A DNA stretch of 64,000 nucleotides, from NCBI GenBank assembly GCA_012295275.1, contig CM022669.1, positions 10,664,001 through 10,728,000 of the forward strand, in the 5' to 3' direction. The stretch comes from Chrysomallon squamiferum (lineage: Eukaryota; Animalia; Mollusca). The translations under genes were made by a program, and so were the position numbers. The notes beneath the pieces were generated by a model that searched no databases, was not told where the DNA came from, and saw nothing but the letters and a program-made list of their open reading frames with translations. Position 1 is the first letter of the stretch. Each line of letters begins with the position of its first letter. Of this stretch, positions 15,850-51,559 are shown piece after piece.

Positions 15850-16706
15850 TATCATTTTATTATTTAGTTTATATAATATAATAAGCATTAAATGATCAGT
15901 TAAAATACATCAAAGGAAAGATCTTTTTATTCCAAGAGATGAAATTAGAAACAAACCTCCTGATAGGACGGGTTACACAACAGAACATCTCCAGAACTGA
16001 GAGCCACACAGGCAGCTTGCTGATCTGGTAAATACTGCAGCCCGACCACGTTTCCTGATCCATCGCCTGGAAGATACTCTGTCAGAGCTGCTTCATAACA
16101 CTTCTAGAATAAAAACAACACAAGACTGTAGAAAAAATGTAAATGTTAATAATTTAGAAATAATGTCTATCATAAACACATCCACATTTTGATCAGGACT
16201 ACATATTAACATTTTGTTTAAAAAAAAAAAAATACTATAAATTATAATAATAAAATAATAAATTACACTAAGAGCAAGAATATACACTCTGAGGGTTTAA
16301 TGCAAGAAAAATATTAATTTTTAAAATTATTTTGACATTAGAATATAATAAATATTCTCACCGTAATTTGATATCACATTAATTTTAAATTAAAAAAATT
16401 AAATAGTACTATCATTATAATATTTGTACATATAATACGGTTGAACATTAATTCTGCAACAGTTAATCAAATAAACATCTATTTTAGCATCTTTCTGAAT
16501 AATGCATATAAAACTGACTAATACTAACAGTAATACTTAGAAACAAAATTTACTGAAACCTTTCCATCGCTGGCTAATCCAAACAGCAGAGTTTTTGTGG
16601 CACAGTACAAAGTTGCTGTGTCTGGGTCAAGACTTGACCGCTGAACGTCAGGAAAACTCTCACAGGCTGGATTCTTTTCAAACCTCAACAACTTCAAATT
16701 TCTCAT
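452..16706 (-). CDS. ELP1: Elongator complex protein 1 (IKBKAP/IKI3 family), spliced, 3' end outside the window
   Basis: 29 exons with GT-AG borders and matching phases: 16560-16706, 15957-16103, 15574-15655, 15218-15298, 14835-14920, 14342-14441, 13658-13748, 13018-13141, 12464-12542, 11875-12105, 11104-11268, 10492-10600, 10055-10216, 9418-9527, 8996-9105, 8626-8679, 8051-8153, 7367-7556, 6823-6981, 6072-6221, 5497-5582, 4752-4897, 4149-4272, 3554-3651, 3018-3219, 2188-2249, 1644-1706, 1061-1232, 452-569. Diagnostic ELP1 motifs: [68 protein letters not shown]...[32 protein letters not shown]. Confidence 0.97.
2735..3023. repeat. About 30-nt minisatellite in an ELP1 intron, overlapping the splice donor
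   Basis: Units of AAAATTCAATATTTCATT(C/T)TTA(C/G)TTTTT repeated about 7 times. Confidence 0.8.
3719..3800. repeat. (TATAA)n pentanucleotide microsatellite
   Basis: About 16 perfect units seen directly. Confidence 0.95.
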
Positions 16707-17403
16707 TGTTCAAGTCACTGAATGTTTAAACATTACATTATATTTATTACTCTAAAAATAACAATAAATAATACATTTAAAAAATAAATAAATAAATAAA
16801 TAAATAAATATATATAAAAAATTACACAAAATGTTAAGGTCTGGGTTTTATTATAATTTTATTAAAATTAATTATAAATCATTAAATGTTATTATAAATA
16901 TTAATACTTGTTTACACAAGATATTAGAATACAGAAATAAAATGCCTTTATTATTATGATTATGCTATATAACAGTGTTCAATCGTTCAGTATATTAATG
17001 ATCATGATGATAATAATATTAATATCAATATTATAAATATAATACAATTATACATAATATTGCGATGCAGCACTTTATACTACTACTAGTACTTGCATAT
17101 TCACATTCATCATATTATGATATTGTATATCATGTAATGTATTTATCCCATAATCTAATAGTATAACTGTAACATAATAAGAATTAATATAATGGTAAAC
17201 TAAAAGTTAATTTAATTGCAAATACTCTGATCTGCGATTAATAATTATTTTAGTAATGATAAAATTATTACGATCATATTTTGATACAAAACTAAAAAAT
17301 AGCAATGTTTAATTGAAATAATCAAAAAGAAAAATTATATCTTATTATAAAATCAACGCCATAAAATTAAGTTTATCTAGTCTAAATTTTATATTTATTT
17401 TAC

Positions 17404-17500
17404 CTTTTCACTTTGTTTTACTGTAATAATTTCTTGACTTCGTAATATCTCGTGCTTCCAGTTGCAATCATGTGTTTATGGAGAGCGCCATTTTGAAATG
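17404..17500 (-). promoter_or_regulatory. Probable non-coding first exon and TSS region of ELP1 with a YY1-type motif
   Basis: Minus-strand donor AAAAG|gtaaaat at 17404/17403; acceptor ttttag at about 16753 upstream of the ATG; CGCCATTTT (YY1 core, AAAATGGCG on minus) at 17486-17494 in a small CpG-containing patch. Confidence 0.6.
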
Positions 17501-17576
17501 TTTGTAATAATTTGCTCCTTCATTCAGCGCACCACTATTGTTATTATTTTCAAACATTTCTTCTAAGAATTAAGAA

Positions 17577-17625
<49 letters not shown>

Positions 17626-17777
17626 CTACTTATTTAGAATACTTATTTAATTTTAGTATCAATAAATAAATAAATAAAAATAAAATAAAATAAAATAAAT
17701 TAGTACTCTTTTGCAAGAGAAAATGTTTTTGTCAATAATGAAAACAGCCATCTTATTTTCAAATAATACATTTCTGT

Positions 17778-17832
<55 letters not shown>

Positions 17833-17899
17833 CATATATGTATGTACATTTAAAACACAGCTGCTATAGTTTAGAATGTGAAACTAAAATCAGGTCGTC

Positions 17900-18020
17900 T
17901 TGTTGATATTGGATCAGTCGACAGCTCCGTTGATATAGTTTTGGTCTAAAGTGTTGCAGATTAATTCTCCTAATTGCACCCCCACGGGCTTTTTCCCGTT
18001 CCAGCCAGTATCTAATGAGC
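17900..18020 (+). mobile_element. Short degenerate SINE-like fragment between ELP1 and the cyclase 3' end
   Basis: Shares TTTCCCGTTCCAGCCAGT with the inverted copy at about 35652-35668. Confidence 0.4.
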
Positions 18021-18653
18021 AACTTTCAGATCTCATCGTGTGTTAGAATAATTACTATATATTAATTACTAAGAGTACTTACTATACATATCACGGTGTA
18101 AGATGCCCTGCATTTTTCATACCAGATAATTAATTATTAATCAGTAGTGAAATGTTTACATCATGAAATATCAGAGGGCTACGTGAATTTTGTCATGCGT
18201 GTGTCACAGAATTTTTACAAATGATTATTACTTAGTTAATTTAGGCCTTTCATGGTTCTGTAACGGCTGATTCTTCTTTTCCTTTTGAAAATCATGATTA
18301 ACATTGTTTCTATTAATATAGTCACAAAAGGAAAATAACCAACCATAACAGGCAGGAAAATAAATCAAGATCTTAGACGTTAAATATGTTTTAGATTGAT
18401 AACGTATTAAAAAAAATATATTACTGAAGATTTATTTGTAAAGACATAAAAAGAAAATGTCACGTTTCATGATCAAATAAGATAATTTAGAAAAAAATCT
18501 GTATTATTAACTTGAAAGAAATAATATATTAACCATAAAAATGTACTTTATAACCAAGATAAAAGCAAGCGTATTTTGTTATAATGATTAGTTTATAATA
18601 GTTTAATTTTTAGACGTTTCTATGTTAATTGAAAATATGATATTAATTTTTAT

Positions 18654-18719
<66 letters not shown>

Positions 18720-18945
18720 TTCACTCATGCACAGTTATTTTACTCACACACTCACGCACGCATTCATTCACTCACACATTCATTATTTCACTCACTCATA
18801 ATCACGCACTCAAAATCAATAATAGGCTGTAAATAATACAGATTCATACATTTACACCATAAGGCATTCCGTTTAAATTTAACAGTTTATTTGAAATTGT
18901 AAAAGAAATAAAAAAGTAAAACAAAATGCATTTATTTAAAATATA

Positions 18946-18951
18946 TTTATT
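18946..18951 (-). terminator. Candidate polyadenylation signal of the guanylyl cyclase
   Basis: AATAAA on minus about 1 kb after the stop codon, followed by T/GT-rich sequence; AATAAA is common in this AT-rich DNA. Confidence 0.3.
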
Positions 18952-19141
18952 ACAATGTCTGAAATTACAATGGTTTTGGCAACACACTCTCAATACACTC
19001 GTTAAACATACATATTTTATTTTCGTGCAATAAATAATTAAAACTTACAAAAGACGAGGGTAGATACTGGTTTATCATAATAAATAATAACACTGATAAA
19101 AAGAATATAAAACAACAACAACAACAACAACAGCAAATACC

Positions 19142-19210
<69 letters not shown>

Positions 19211-19689
19211 GAAACGATATAACAATAAAAATGAGCGATATTAACAAAAGCAAATACTCATATACACAACCAATTATTAAATTACACTACGCACAGAAAA
19301 CCAGTCAAACACATACATGATGGTTTGCAAAAGTGTAATTTCGTTTCGCGCTATTTGAAATATTTCTAAATTCAAATAATTCAGATTTTCCCAACACAAT
19401 CTACACCGCTATACATTTCTTTTACAAAATGATACTAGACAAGACAAAACCTTTTCAAAAATATAAAAATGAAAGCTGTAGGTACAAAAACAATAAATTA
19501 AATTAACGAAATTCAATAAATAATGAATGTTCACTAGATTAGTTTTTATTTCATTTTTACTATTTTATTTGTAAAATTAACGAAATTCAATAAATAATAA
19601 ATGTTTATTACATTTGTTTTTATTTGATTGGTTTTTATTATTACTTTTTTATTTATAAAACACAATTTCATAGGTTTCCTTTGTATATG

Positions 19690-19760
<71 letters not shown>

Positions 19761-20001
19761 ATGTGTGTGTTGGTGTGTGTGTGATAATATAATATAATAT
19801 TACTTATTGTACTTTCTTTTAGACACATTAAGAGAAATGAAGATAAAATTTCGATCAAGGTGAACCAACTGAATCACAATCAATATAAGCTGCACTGTCT
19901 TTTATAATGTAACATGTTACAACATTTTTGAATACCGTTGTCAAACAGGTCTTTTTTTAATAAATAAAAACAAACAAATAAAAACGAAAAATGACGACCA
20001 G

Positions 20002-41883
<21,882 letters not shown>

Positions 41884-41971
41884 GTTTTTCTTATAAATAA
41901 ATAAATGCAACAGAATAGAATAGACTGGAATAAAATATAATAATAATAAAATAAAATGAAAATAAATGAAA

Positions 41972-42004
<33 letters not shown>

Positions 42005-42085
42005 AATAAAATGAAATAAAGTGAGTAAAATATAAAGTTATGTAAAAGTTGGTGATAAATTAAAACACCTAAGACACAAATTTAC

Positions 42086-42764
42086 GTTGAAGAACTTCTG
42101 ATTATGTTTCTCAAAATACTAACAAACACAACTAACAATCGGTGCGTACGGGATGAAAAATTACGATAGTTCCAAACGATCTGACATCCTCTGTGTAAGC
42201 GCTGGTAAAGAATACTTATGCTGAGATTAAACTGTTCTTTTAATATTGTCGAACGATCGTTAACATTCACTGCTGATTACTAACAATTCGTCATACCAGC
42301 AGCAAAACATCTCGTAACATTTCTTCTGACAGGTAAATCCCTCCTTTGTCACTGGAGCACCTCCCACTGAAAAAAAAGGCCTGAACAGGTGGGTGTTGTT
42401 TGCTATTACGGCATTGTCAATAAACTGTTCAGCTGAGTTATTAGCACAATCCACAGTTATGTTATTAACACTAGCGATGTACGCGACAGATGCAAATCAC
42501 CGCTTCCTTTTCAAATCCGGTTCTTCAGCGTTTCGCTTATTGCGTATCAGCGGGGTGTTGTTAAAGACAACAGTGCTGTTTAATTAAATGTCATCGGTCA
42601 GGTGTTGTTTTTTTAAATTAAAAAGTGGCAATTAGCGAATAATGTCAGTGTCAGTTCATCTCGAGTAATTCACGTTAATTAGCAATAACTTGTATCAGTT
42701 TAGCACCTTCGGCTGAGCTGCTGTCATAAACAAGATATTGCTTTAGAGCTAACTGGCAGATACA
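42086..42764 (-). other. Putative long 5'UTR exon of the guanylyl cyclase
   Basis: Complex, CpG-containing sequence bounded by acceptor tttttcag (42765) and donor caac|gtaaat (42085); the next acceptor ttataag lies 6 nt before the ATG (41890). Confidence 0.45.
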
Positions 42765-44344
42765 CTGAAAAATAAGAAGTGCGATACGGACATTAAAAAA
42801 TCGTGGTTGTAATGGTAGGAACAGCAGCAGCAGTAGTAGTTAGTAGTAGTGGCAGTTATAACTCTAGTAGCTGAAGTAGGTGTTATTCTATCAGTTGTAG
42901 TATTTATAGTGGTGGTGCTAATACAAGCAGTTGTAATTGTAGTAATTACTGGTCGGATGTCTAGTAGTTGTGTAGTATACCTAAATTAATACTGTTAAAT
43001 GAGATCAACTCTTTACAGCGATTTATCACTGTTAATGTATATCGATATCTGTTTACTTATTGTATTTCCAGTGTTAATAATGTATACCGCTGTTAAATCA
43101 AAACTGTTATTAATACACGTAGACTCACTGCCTGAGTGCCATCCACTTATTTGTTTTTTCTTTTTCTATATCGTTTCAAAACAAGCTACACTTTATTCAT
43201 TCATTCATCTTCTAGATAGATAGAAAGTTAGTTTGTTTAATTATTTGTTGATTATTTGGTTTTACAACCTTTATATATGTCTATTTTCCTTCTGTTTTTC
43301 CGTACGTCTGTCTAAATGTATGCCTCTCCATACATACAGTTCTAGTTTCTTCTTATACGTATGTTTATGTGTCTCTGTCATTGTTGTTGTATTGAATCTG
43401 TTATCTAAATTTGTCATTTTAACCGTAGAAACAGCAGCTGTAATTAGAATACGAAAGTTTACTTTATTATTTCAATAAATCTTCTTGTCAGAGACAAAAA
43501 TATACACTAGACTCCTGCCAAATACAGTCGTCGAATATTTAGTATCGTAAACAAATTCAGTTGTGGAAATTTAGTTATTTTGTTATGGTTGCTGTGTTAG
43601 AAATTACATACAGTTGGGAAGGAATGATAAAATATAATTTTATTACACTCAATACATCTATGAGATTATTTTTAGAAATCGTTATGAACAAAACCAAACA
43701 AACAAACAACTAAGTAACTAAATAAATAAGTAAATAAGTAAGTAAATAATTAATAAAATAAAAATAAAAAAACAAAAAAAAACACCCAGACAAATAAGTA
43801 AAAAAATGAACAAACAAATAAGCAAATAAAGAAGTAAATTAACAAATAAATAAACAAACAAATGATACACAAGCAAATATAATAGAACCAAAATATCTAA
43901 ATAAATATTACAATTCAACGTAATTATTTAACTTATTTTTAAGATTCTTCATTACTACTAATACAGTATGGTAGTAAATAAATTTACACGAAGGAATACA
44001 CAGAGACTGTCACCTTTCTTTGTTCGAGATGTCATTGCTTTCGCAAAAATGCAAACTAAAAAACAACAAGAACAACAACAAGAAATATTCCACCCCCCAA
44101 AAAAAACACCCCAAAAAACAATAATATCCGACTGTCCTTCTCTCACTTCTCAATGGATCACCAGCTCGGACCCGCCTCTTTCATATCCTCAGCTACGACC
44201 GTTCTACGTTATGTTCAGAAACAAACAGTCATAAAATAAACACAAAACACACAGTGTATTTATACAGTTTTGTTCAAAAAGCGACAGGTACATTTAAATT
44301 ACCAGATCTTGTGTTAATATTTCATATTATTATATCACTGATAT

Positions 44345-44865
44345 TTATGTTTCATAACATATGTTAGTAATATGGGTTAATATTTACATTATGTTTTGTA
44401 TATTAATAATACGGGTTAATTCTTATATTGGTGTCTTAAATACTAATCATATGGATTAATAAATACATTTCAGTGATATGTCAGTAATATGGGCCAATGC
44501 TTATGTCAATATATGAGTGAAAACTTATATTACGTTTTATATGTAAGTGATATGGACTGATTTATATTCCACATGATATGTCAGTATTATGGGTTAGTAC
44601 TTATAATTCAGTGATTATGTCAGTGATATGGGCCAGTACTTACATTAAGTTTTATGCATTAGTGGTATGAACGTGTATTTCATATGATATGTCAGTAATA
44701 CTGACTAATACTTACACATATTACTGATATGAGATAATTCTTATATTTTATTTGATGTAAGAGTGATATGGGCCAGTAATTACATTACGTTTTATATATA
44801 TTTCTGATTTGGCTTAATACTTATATTATGTTGTATGTACATTAATATGAGTTAATACTTATAAA
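44345..44865. repeat. Degenerate minisatellite, about 38-40-nt unit, about 13 copies
   Basis: Repeated TATGTCAGT(A/G)ATATGGG(CC/TT)A(A/G)TACTTA(C/T)ATT core. Confidence 0.85.
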
Positions 44866-45547
44866 TATTACATTTCACATTCATTTGAGACAAATTGCCA
44901 CTACGTAAATATTACTGCGAAGCTGCAAATGCATGCATTCAGATGTTATTAATAACAAGAACACAATAATCAAAATTAAACACATTAATCTCATGCGCTA
45001 ACTAGACTTACATAACATCTTGTTATCATACTCACAATGTTTGACTGAAATGTAATTTATTACAAAGATTTACACGATAAACATAACTTGTGTTTGGAAC
45101 GACACAAAAGGAAGGATATATCATTTCCGATATTACTTGTATCATTAATGAGGCAGGTAAGAGTCTTACGTGGACGCTGGTGTGGAAATGGAGGTGTACT
45201 GCCAGGTAAATCAGTTCATCGCGTTATTTGCAGGAACCTGTCTTGACGCATGCAAATTAACAGATGAGTCATAGTGAAGACAAATACATAGAGACACGTG
45301 TACCAACAGAAACGTATAATTATCGTCAATCTATATACATAGCTTATAAAATCAAATACATATTCATAAACAAATGCAGGAGATCGCATATCTGATCATA
45401 TATACACACTTATGTGTATACATCATGTATGTATATCAGTTTGTATGAGTGTGCATTTGTCTTTGTGTTTCTCTGAATCTGTAAATGTTTCTATATATGT
45501 GTGTGTGCGAGGGTGTGTGTATCGCTTAGTGATTATTTTCATGTGTG

Positions 45548-45616
<69 letters not shown>

Positions 45617-45926
45617 GCTACATACATTTGTCTCTCTCTCTCTGTGTGTGTGTGTGTGTGTGTGTGTCTGATTATCTGGGTTTTTTTTTTGTTGGTGTTT
45701 TATTTTGATTATATTTATATATTTATTCTTATGCCTCTGATAAGGTATCATCAGTAAGTACAGTCAGCCCAATTTTCTGATATATAATAAGCTTCCTAAA
45801 CATCAATATAATTCAGAACTCTGGTAGCAGTCATTGTCTTTCAGAACTAAATATTTCGATCTTGAACACAAGATAATCCAGTGTAAACATTTAGTGGAAC
45901 AGAACATTTTAAACACAAGACAACAC

Positions 45927-45963
<37 letters not shown>

Positions 45964-48287
45964 ACACGCATGTGCTATTGATTATAATATGTTATTTACG
46001 TTTCTTAGCTAATCGGTAGGAGGAACGTCTAATAAAACTTGAAAGAAAAATAAGGAAGATAAAAAAGAAAAGAAAAAGAATAAGAAAATAATAATATATT
46101 TACTATATCAGTCTGAAATATCGAATGAGTCGACGTCACGTTACTTGAAATAAAATAAAATCTATTGTACTCTATTACCTGAAATCGATTATTTCTGACA
46201 TGATATAAATTAATGTATCCATATTTAACTTTAATTTAGAAATGAAAGACATATAAAATAATTAAACACAGAAATAAACAAATAAATAAATAAGAAAAAG
46301 AAAGAAAGAAAAAAAAAAGAAAGTAAGTAAAAAATTAAACTATAAACAAAATAATAAATTCAGGAAGACATATTAATATATGTAATATATTTGATCCAGT
46401 TTTTGTTATTGTTGAAGTTTTAACCGTTTCAAAAAGACATTGTAAGAGGACATATTTAATTTTTATCTTGAATTTTACTTAACTGCCTCCATTAGTTCCA
46501 TCTAACCTTAACATCAAACTGAGTACTCTCTTACTGTTTTTCTGACCTGTGCAGTCACACACATACACGCACATATACACACACATAAAAGCCCATACGA
46601 GCATACACACGTTCATATATATATATATAAATAAAAACACAGACAGAAAGAAAGACACACAGTTTTGTTTCCTGTATAATCTTTGACAATTAAAATGATT
46701 ATCACTTTTAACTTATACTGATTAGATCTTTAACACTTTTTGTACAAAAAAAGAGATACGCCACTTACAAAGTTATATATATGTGTGTATGTGTGTGTGT
46801 GTTTGTGTGTGTGTGTGTGCGTGTGTGTGTGTTTGTGTCTGGCCGGTACATAAAGCACATCACACAAAAACTACACAGTTTGGTCTTGATTACATCTTTG
46901 ATTTTTCTGCCCGGTTGTACAGTATGATAGACAGTTATCATTTAACATTATAAATGATAATATCGTAGTTATACTGCAGAGAATTGGCTCCAACGTCTTT
47001 CTCCCTTGCCAGATATTCTCTCTTCTCTCTTGAACATTATAAAACATTTTCATAAACAGTTCATATAAAATGTACGCCATAAATAATTTAACACAGGCCT
47101 ACGTACAAATCATACGTACACAGAGACAGTCAGACAGCACATACATACACACACATAAAAGGTTCACGTGTTAACATAATTATAAAAGAAATCTGAATTC
47201 ACACTGAAATGATTATAGTGTGTTTTCGAGGGAAGAATTCAGGAACCACAACTGTGTCATTTCAGATTGTCATTTGAATTACAACTGTTATGTCCCTTGA
47301 TGGATATTATTAGTTTGCTCTTTTGTTGTTGTAACCAAAATCGATTGGTTTTACCATAATGAATATCAGATTTCTTTCTTTTACGATAGAAATTTAATAT
47401 ATATGTGTGTCTGTCTGTCTGTGTGTGTGTGTGTGTGTGTGTGTCTGTCTATCTATTTATCTATCTATCTATCTATCTATATATATATATTGTGGGATGT
47501 TTGGTTGTTTTTTTTAGTTACTGTCTATCAATTCACGTTTATATTCTTGATTTCATTTCATCAATCATCTTGCAATATAATTTTTGCTTTCTATTGTTAT
47601 TAATCGTTTTGACAAAATGTAAATTGCAAAGCTAGATTTATTGTAGGTTTTGGAACGTTCATATCAAAATGATAGCTGTTGGATTATAATCCTTCTCCGT
47701 GACATTTTCATTTCTTAGCTAGATCTTTATAATTAGTCATTGCTCTCCTTGTGAGAAAGACACAGAAACGTTTCTTTGCTGCTGTTCGATTACAACGTTA
47801 ACAACATGATCAACAACAACAGCTACACCATCAACAACAGCAACAACAACAACAACAACAACAACAATAATAATGATGATGATGATAATGACGATGATGA
47901 TAATACTAGTAGTTGTTGTTGTTATAGACAACATTTTATTTATAGGATAATATTAAACAAACCACATACACCGTGTTTGAACAGATTAGTTTAATATAAG
48001 CACATGTTATTTAATTACACATTCTTGTTATCATTACAACAAACACTTTTGTTTTTATTCATGAATATAATTTTGGTTAAAACAGTGACACGTAGTAAGA
48101 GATCGGCTAACGTGTTTCGGTTCGTGATAACCAGTTTAAATACCTATTCTCTTATTATTACTAATTCATAGTAACATAGGGTTTTTTTTGGTTGTTTTTC
48201 TTTTGTCCAGATTATCTAGCCTTAATATACTTTTAAAATTTAATAATCTAGATCAGGTATATTTTGTTCTGGTAATGAGACTCTGAT

Positions 48288-49487
48288 TCAGGTCTGAGTG
48301 GAGCTTTGTTCCGACTGTTTGGACACCGTCGTAGTCGTCGAGGTTCGCGAAAAAACTTGCCTGAGTCGGCTCCTGAACATCGTGTTGAACCCGACGTAGA
48401 GAAGAAAATTAATGGCGTGGTTGAGCATTTCGCAGACTCCAGCGACTTGCTCGAAGAGAGCCATCGACTCCTTGTCGTACAGGGACGGATTGAAGAGGCG
48501 GACGTACTTGAAGTTGGTCAGGATGAAGTGGGGAAGGACGAGGATGATGTAGGACGAGTGGATGCTGACCAGCATGGCCGACACTCGGGTGTAGGGATCC
48601 AACTGGTCGGAGACGGACGACAGCTTGGTTCTGGCCTGCCTCTGTCTGATCAGAGTGATGCAGATAATCGGCGTGAGGACAATCAGTATGAGCATGGGTC
48701 CTATTGCAATGAGGATGGAGCCAATCACCAGCATGATGTGTCCCTGGAGCTGTTTCGCCTTGTCACCCCCAGCAGGCTTGCAGACCGACTTCACCAAGCC
48801 TACGGTGTCCACAGACGTCGCACCGAAGACTACCGCAACGACGCTCATGACAATAATGGAGCAGACTATTTTATGCCTGGTGCAGATTCCTTTCACTCTG
48901 AGCGGGAAGCAGATTGCCACGAAGCGTTCAATGCAGATGATGACTACCAGCCATGAAGAAATCATTTTAGCTGCTCGTCTCACAAAGTGGAAAATTTTGC
49001 AGCCAGCGTTCGTGAAAGCCAAGACGTCGAAACCGAGAAGGTCGACGATGAACGGCTTACGTATTGCAATCACCGACAGCATCGTCGTGTCGGCAAAGGC
49101 CAAACTCACCAAGACAACGCTCCACGTCATCCTTCTGAACGGCAGGGTTGACATGGTAACCACCGTGAGAACGTTACCTGTGCAGCCCAGGAAGAAAAGG
49201 GCAGGAACAAACGCCAAATCGACGTAATTAGTTTCTCCTTTCTTTTCAGTGGTAGACCCTTTTGACGATTTCTCTGTACTCAGTTCTTGTAAATACTGGG
49301 TATTTTGGGTTGAAATGATGCTAGAATCCGTCGCAGGATATTTTTCCGCTGTTGTGCTTTCAGCTAATGTCCAGTTTGTAGTTGTAGTCTCATTGTTCAG
49401 GGTTATGCTTGACGCAGCAGTAAATTCAGATGGTCTAAAGTTGATAATCAAAATGCACGTCATTGCAGATATGTACGTCATCTTCAT
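48288..49487 (-). CDS. Rhodopsin-class (class A) orphan GPCR, FMRFamide/peptide-receptor-like, paralog 1 (about 399 aa)
   Basis: 7 hydrophobic helices; GN in TM1, LAFAD in TM2, ICIERFVAICFPL (DRY variant), NHAINFLLY in TM7; Ser/Thr- and N-glycosylation-rich N-terminus. A splice acceptor (ttttcag) at about 49492 makes ATG 49487 the likely start rather than 49520. Confidence 0.93.
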   Translation of the reverse strand: MKMTYISAMTCILIINFRPSEFTAASSITLNNETTTTNWTLAESTTAEKYPATDSSIISTQNTQYLQELSTEKSSKGSTTEKKGETNYVDLAFVPALFFLGCTGNVLTVVTMSTLPFRRMTWSVVLVSLAFADTTMLSVIAIRKPFIVDLLGFDVLAFTNAGCKIFHFVRRAAKMISSWLVVIICIERFVAICFPLRVKGICTRHKIVCSIIVMSVVAVVFGATSVDTVGLVKSVCKPAGGDKAKQLQGHIMLVIGSILIAIGPMLILIVLTPIICITLIRQRQARTKLSSVSDQLDPYTRVSAMLVSIHSSYIILVLPHFILTNFKYVRLFNPSLYDKESMALFEQVAGVCEMLNHAINFLLYVGFNTMFRSRLRQVFSRTSTTTTVSKQSEQSSTQT

Positions 49488-50447
49488 CAGTCTGAAAAGT
49501 AAATATGTGTAAAAAATCATGAATATTCATAAATATTTATTCTTAGTCAGTGGATACAATTAATAGAAAATCTGAGTATTTCGAAACTTATAATTTTAGA
49601 AACTGAAAAAAAAACAAGACTTAAACGAACTGTGAATGAGAGTTATGTATAGCTGTTTCTGCTGTACATTGTGGTATGACTTCTGTTTTCACATCATATA
49701 CAGACAAACGAGCACTATGAATCTTCTAACACAGACACACATACAGCCATACACATATATATACAGATATACACTCTAATACCAAGACGATATTCATGTG
49801 TCGTGAGAAAATGTAAAATATGTTTGTCGGAAGGATACTGAACTGTTTTACATAACGATGACGGTTTTTTTCCCTGCAGTTTTTAACGAGAGATTTTCAC
49901 AAAAAGAAAACTATAACTATTGTATCTTTCATTGTATGCGCTAATCAAAGAACATAGTGTGGAAATATCTGTTATTTTAAAAAAATATTGTTTCTGGTAT
50001 TGTGCCTAGTATTTTATCAAAAACTGTGGTAATATAAGATAACGTTAATCTATTCTGGATATCTATTTTTGCTGGCTTCTGGTGTAGATGTGAAATAATG
50101 ATAGATATTTAAAAAAAATTGTAGAGAATGAAAAACAATATGTAGATGAGCTGAATATACGAAAACATCTCTTTGTATCAGTATTTATTAATTTTATTAT
50201 TAAGTGCGGTAAACTGTGATAATATGTATATATTTGTATCATTACACAGGCTCATGTTCTTGTGTGTAAAACTTTTTCATTTATTTATAGTAATACACGT
50301 AAAGTTTACAAATACACTAGTGTTCAGTAGATACAACACAGAACCAAATAATAATAATAATAATAATAATAACATAGCTGATGAATAATTACTTGTGCAA
50401 ATTAATATTTAAACAAACCACCAAATAGTAAATAAATAATTATGAAG

Positions 50448-50585
50448 ATAAATAAATAAATAAATAAATAAACAAACAAACAAACAAACAAACAAACAAA
50501 CAAACAAACAAACAAACAAACAAACAAACAAACAAACAAACAAACAAACAAACAAATAAATAAACAAATAAATAAATAAATAAAT
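50448..50585. repeat. Compound (AAAT)n/(AAAC)n tetranucleotide microsatellite
   Basis: Seen directly; it follows the putative 5'UTR donor of GPCR paralog 1. Confidence 0.95.
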
Positions 50586-51559
50586 ATTACCTTAAGCTGT
50601 TTATGAAAGCTGATGAATATATCCTGCAGCATTCGCTGAATGCGGTCCTGTGATTTCTCGAGCAGTTTGGAAATTAGTGCGTCGAGTGACTCTCTAACTG
50701 CATGTCATTATTATCACAGTCAACATGTTTGATTAAACGCATTACAGAAGATCTTGATGAAATCCGGTCATAGCTTGCATATGACAAGACCATTAATTAA
50801 GCATTTGTCAATTTTGTATCCGCTCTGCAGAAATCATCACTCGAGACAAATGGAAATTCTTAATCTGCTACAACAAAGTAAATTATCAGAGGGTTAACAG
50901 AATAAAGTAACAAGGAGAATAATGCGTTTACTTTGGTACAAAGAAGACCCCAGCGCATAAGACATTTGATGATTGCTGTTGCCTTTGGGGAATATTTTAC
51001 AAAGAGATTATCAATATATTTCGAATTTTGATTAGCCTTTATCTAATTGATAAATAAATATCTGGATGACGTCACACCAACATCTCATTATTAAAGTTCA
51101 TTAGACTTCGGATACATACGTACACTTTCAAAGACTAGAACACACACCATGGAAACTGACAGAAACTAGTTTCAATGGTAATCGTCTCTGTGGATTCGTC
51201 TAGGTGAAGAATTACAAACTTTATTATGCCCCATGTACAAACATATGTACACACGCACACGAAATAACAAAAAAAGAAAAAAGCCAAGTGGATATATATA
51301 AAGTCACCAATACAATCAGGCACACACACACATACAAACACGCGAACAAATTGTCTAGCTCTACGCATGTGTACGGCATTCATTATTTCCACTTTGCTGC
51401 TTTAATTAAACATGGATACAGCTACATATACAGCTGTCCACATATTATTATTATTATTAACACCTTCAAAAAGAAATCTGTTAGCACATAATGATGGGCA
51501 CAATGAATAAAACTCATGTGACACTGACGTCTGATGATGACTGCATTCAAATAAGTAAA

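Noticed and set aside
452-16706. Intronic snoRNAs in ELP1
   Set aside because: No convincing sense-strand C/D or H/ACA box pair with a terminal stem was seen; an Infernal/Rfam scan would be needed to exclude them.
44345-44865. CRISPR-like array
   Set aside because: Eukaryotic context, degenerate repeats, non-unique spacers and no cas genes; it is a minisatellite.
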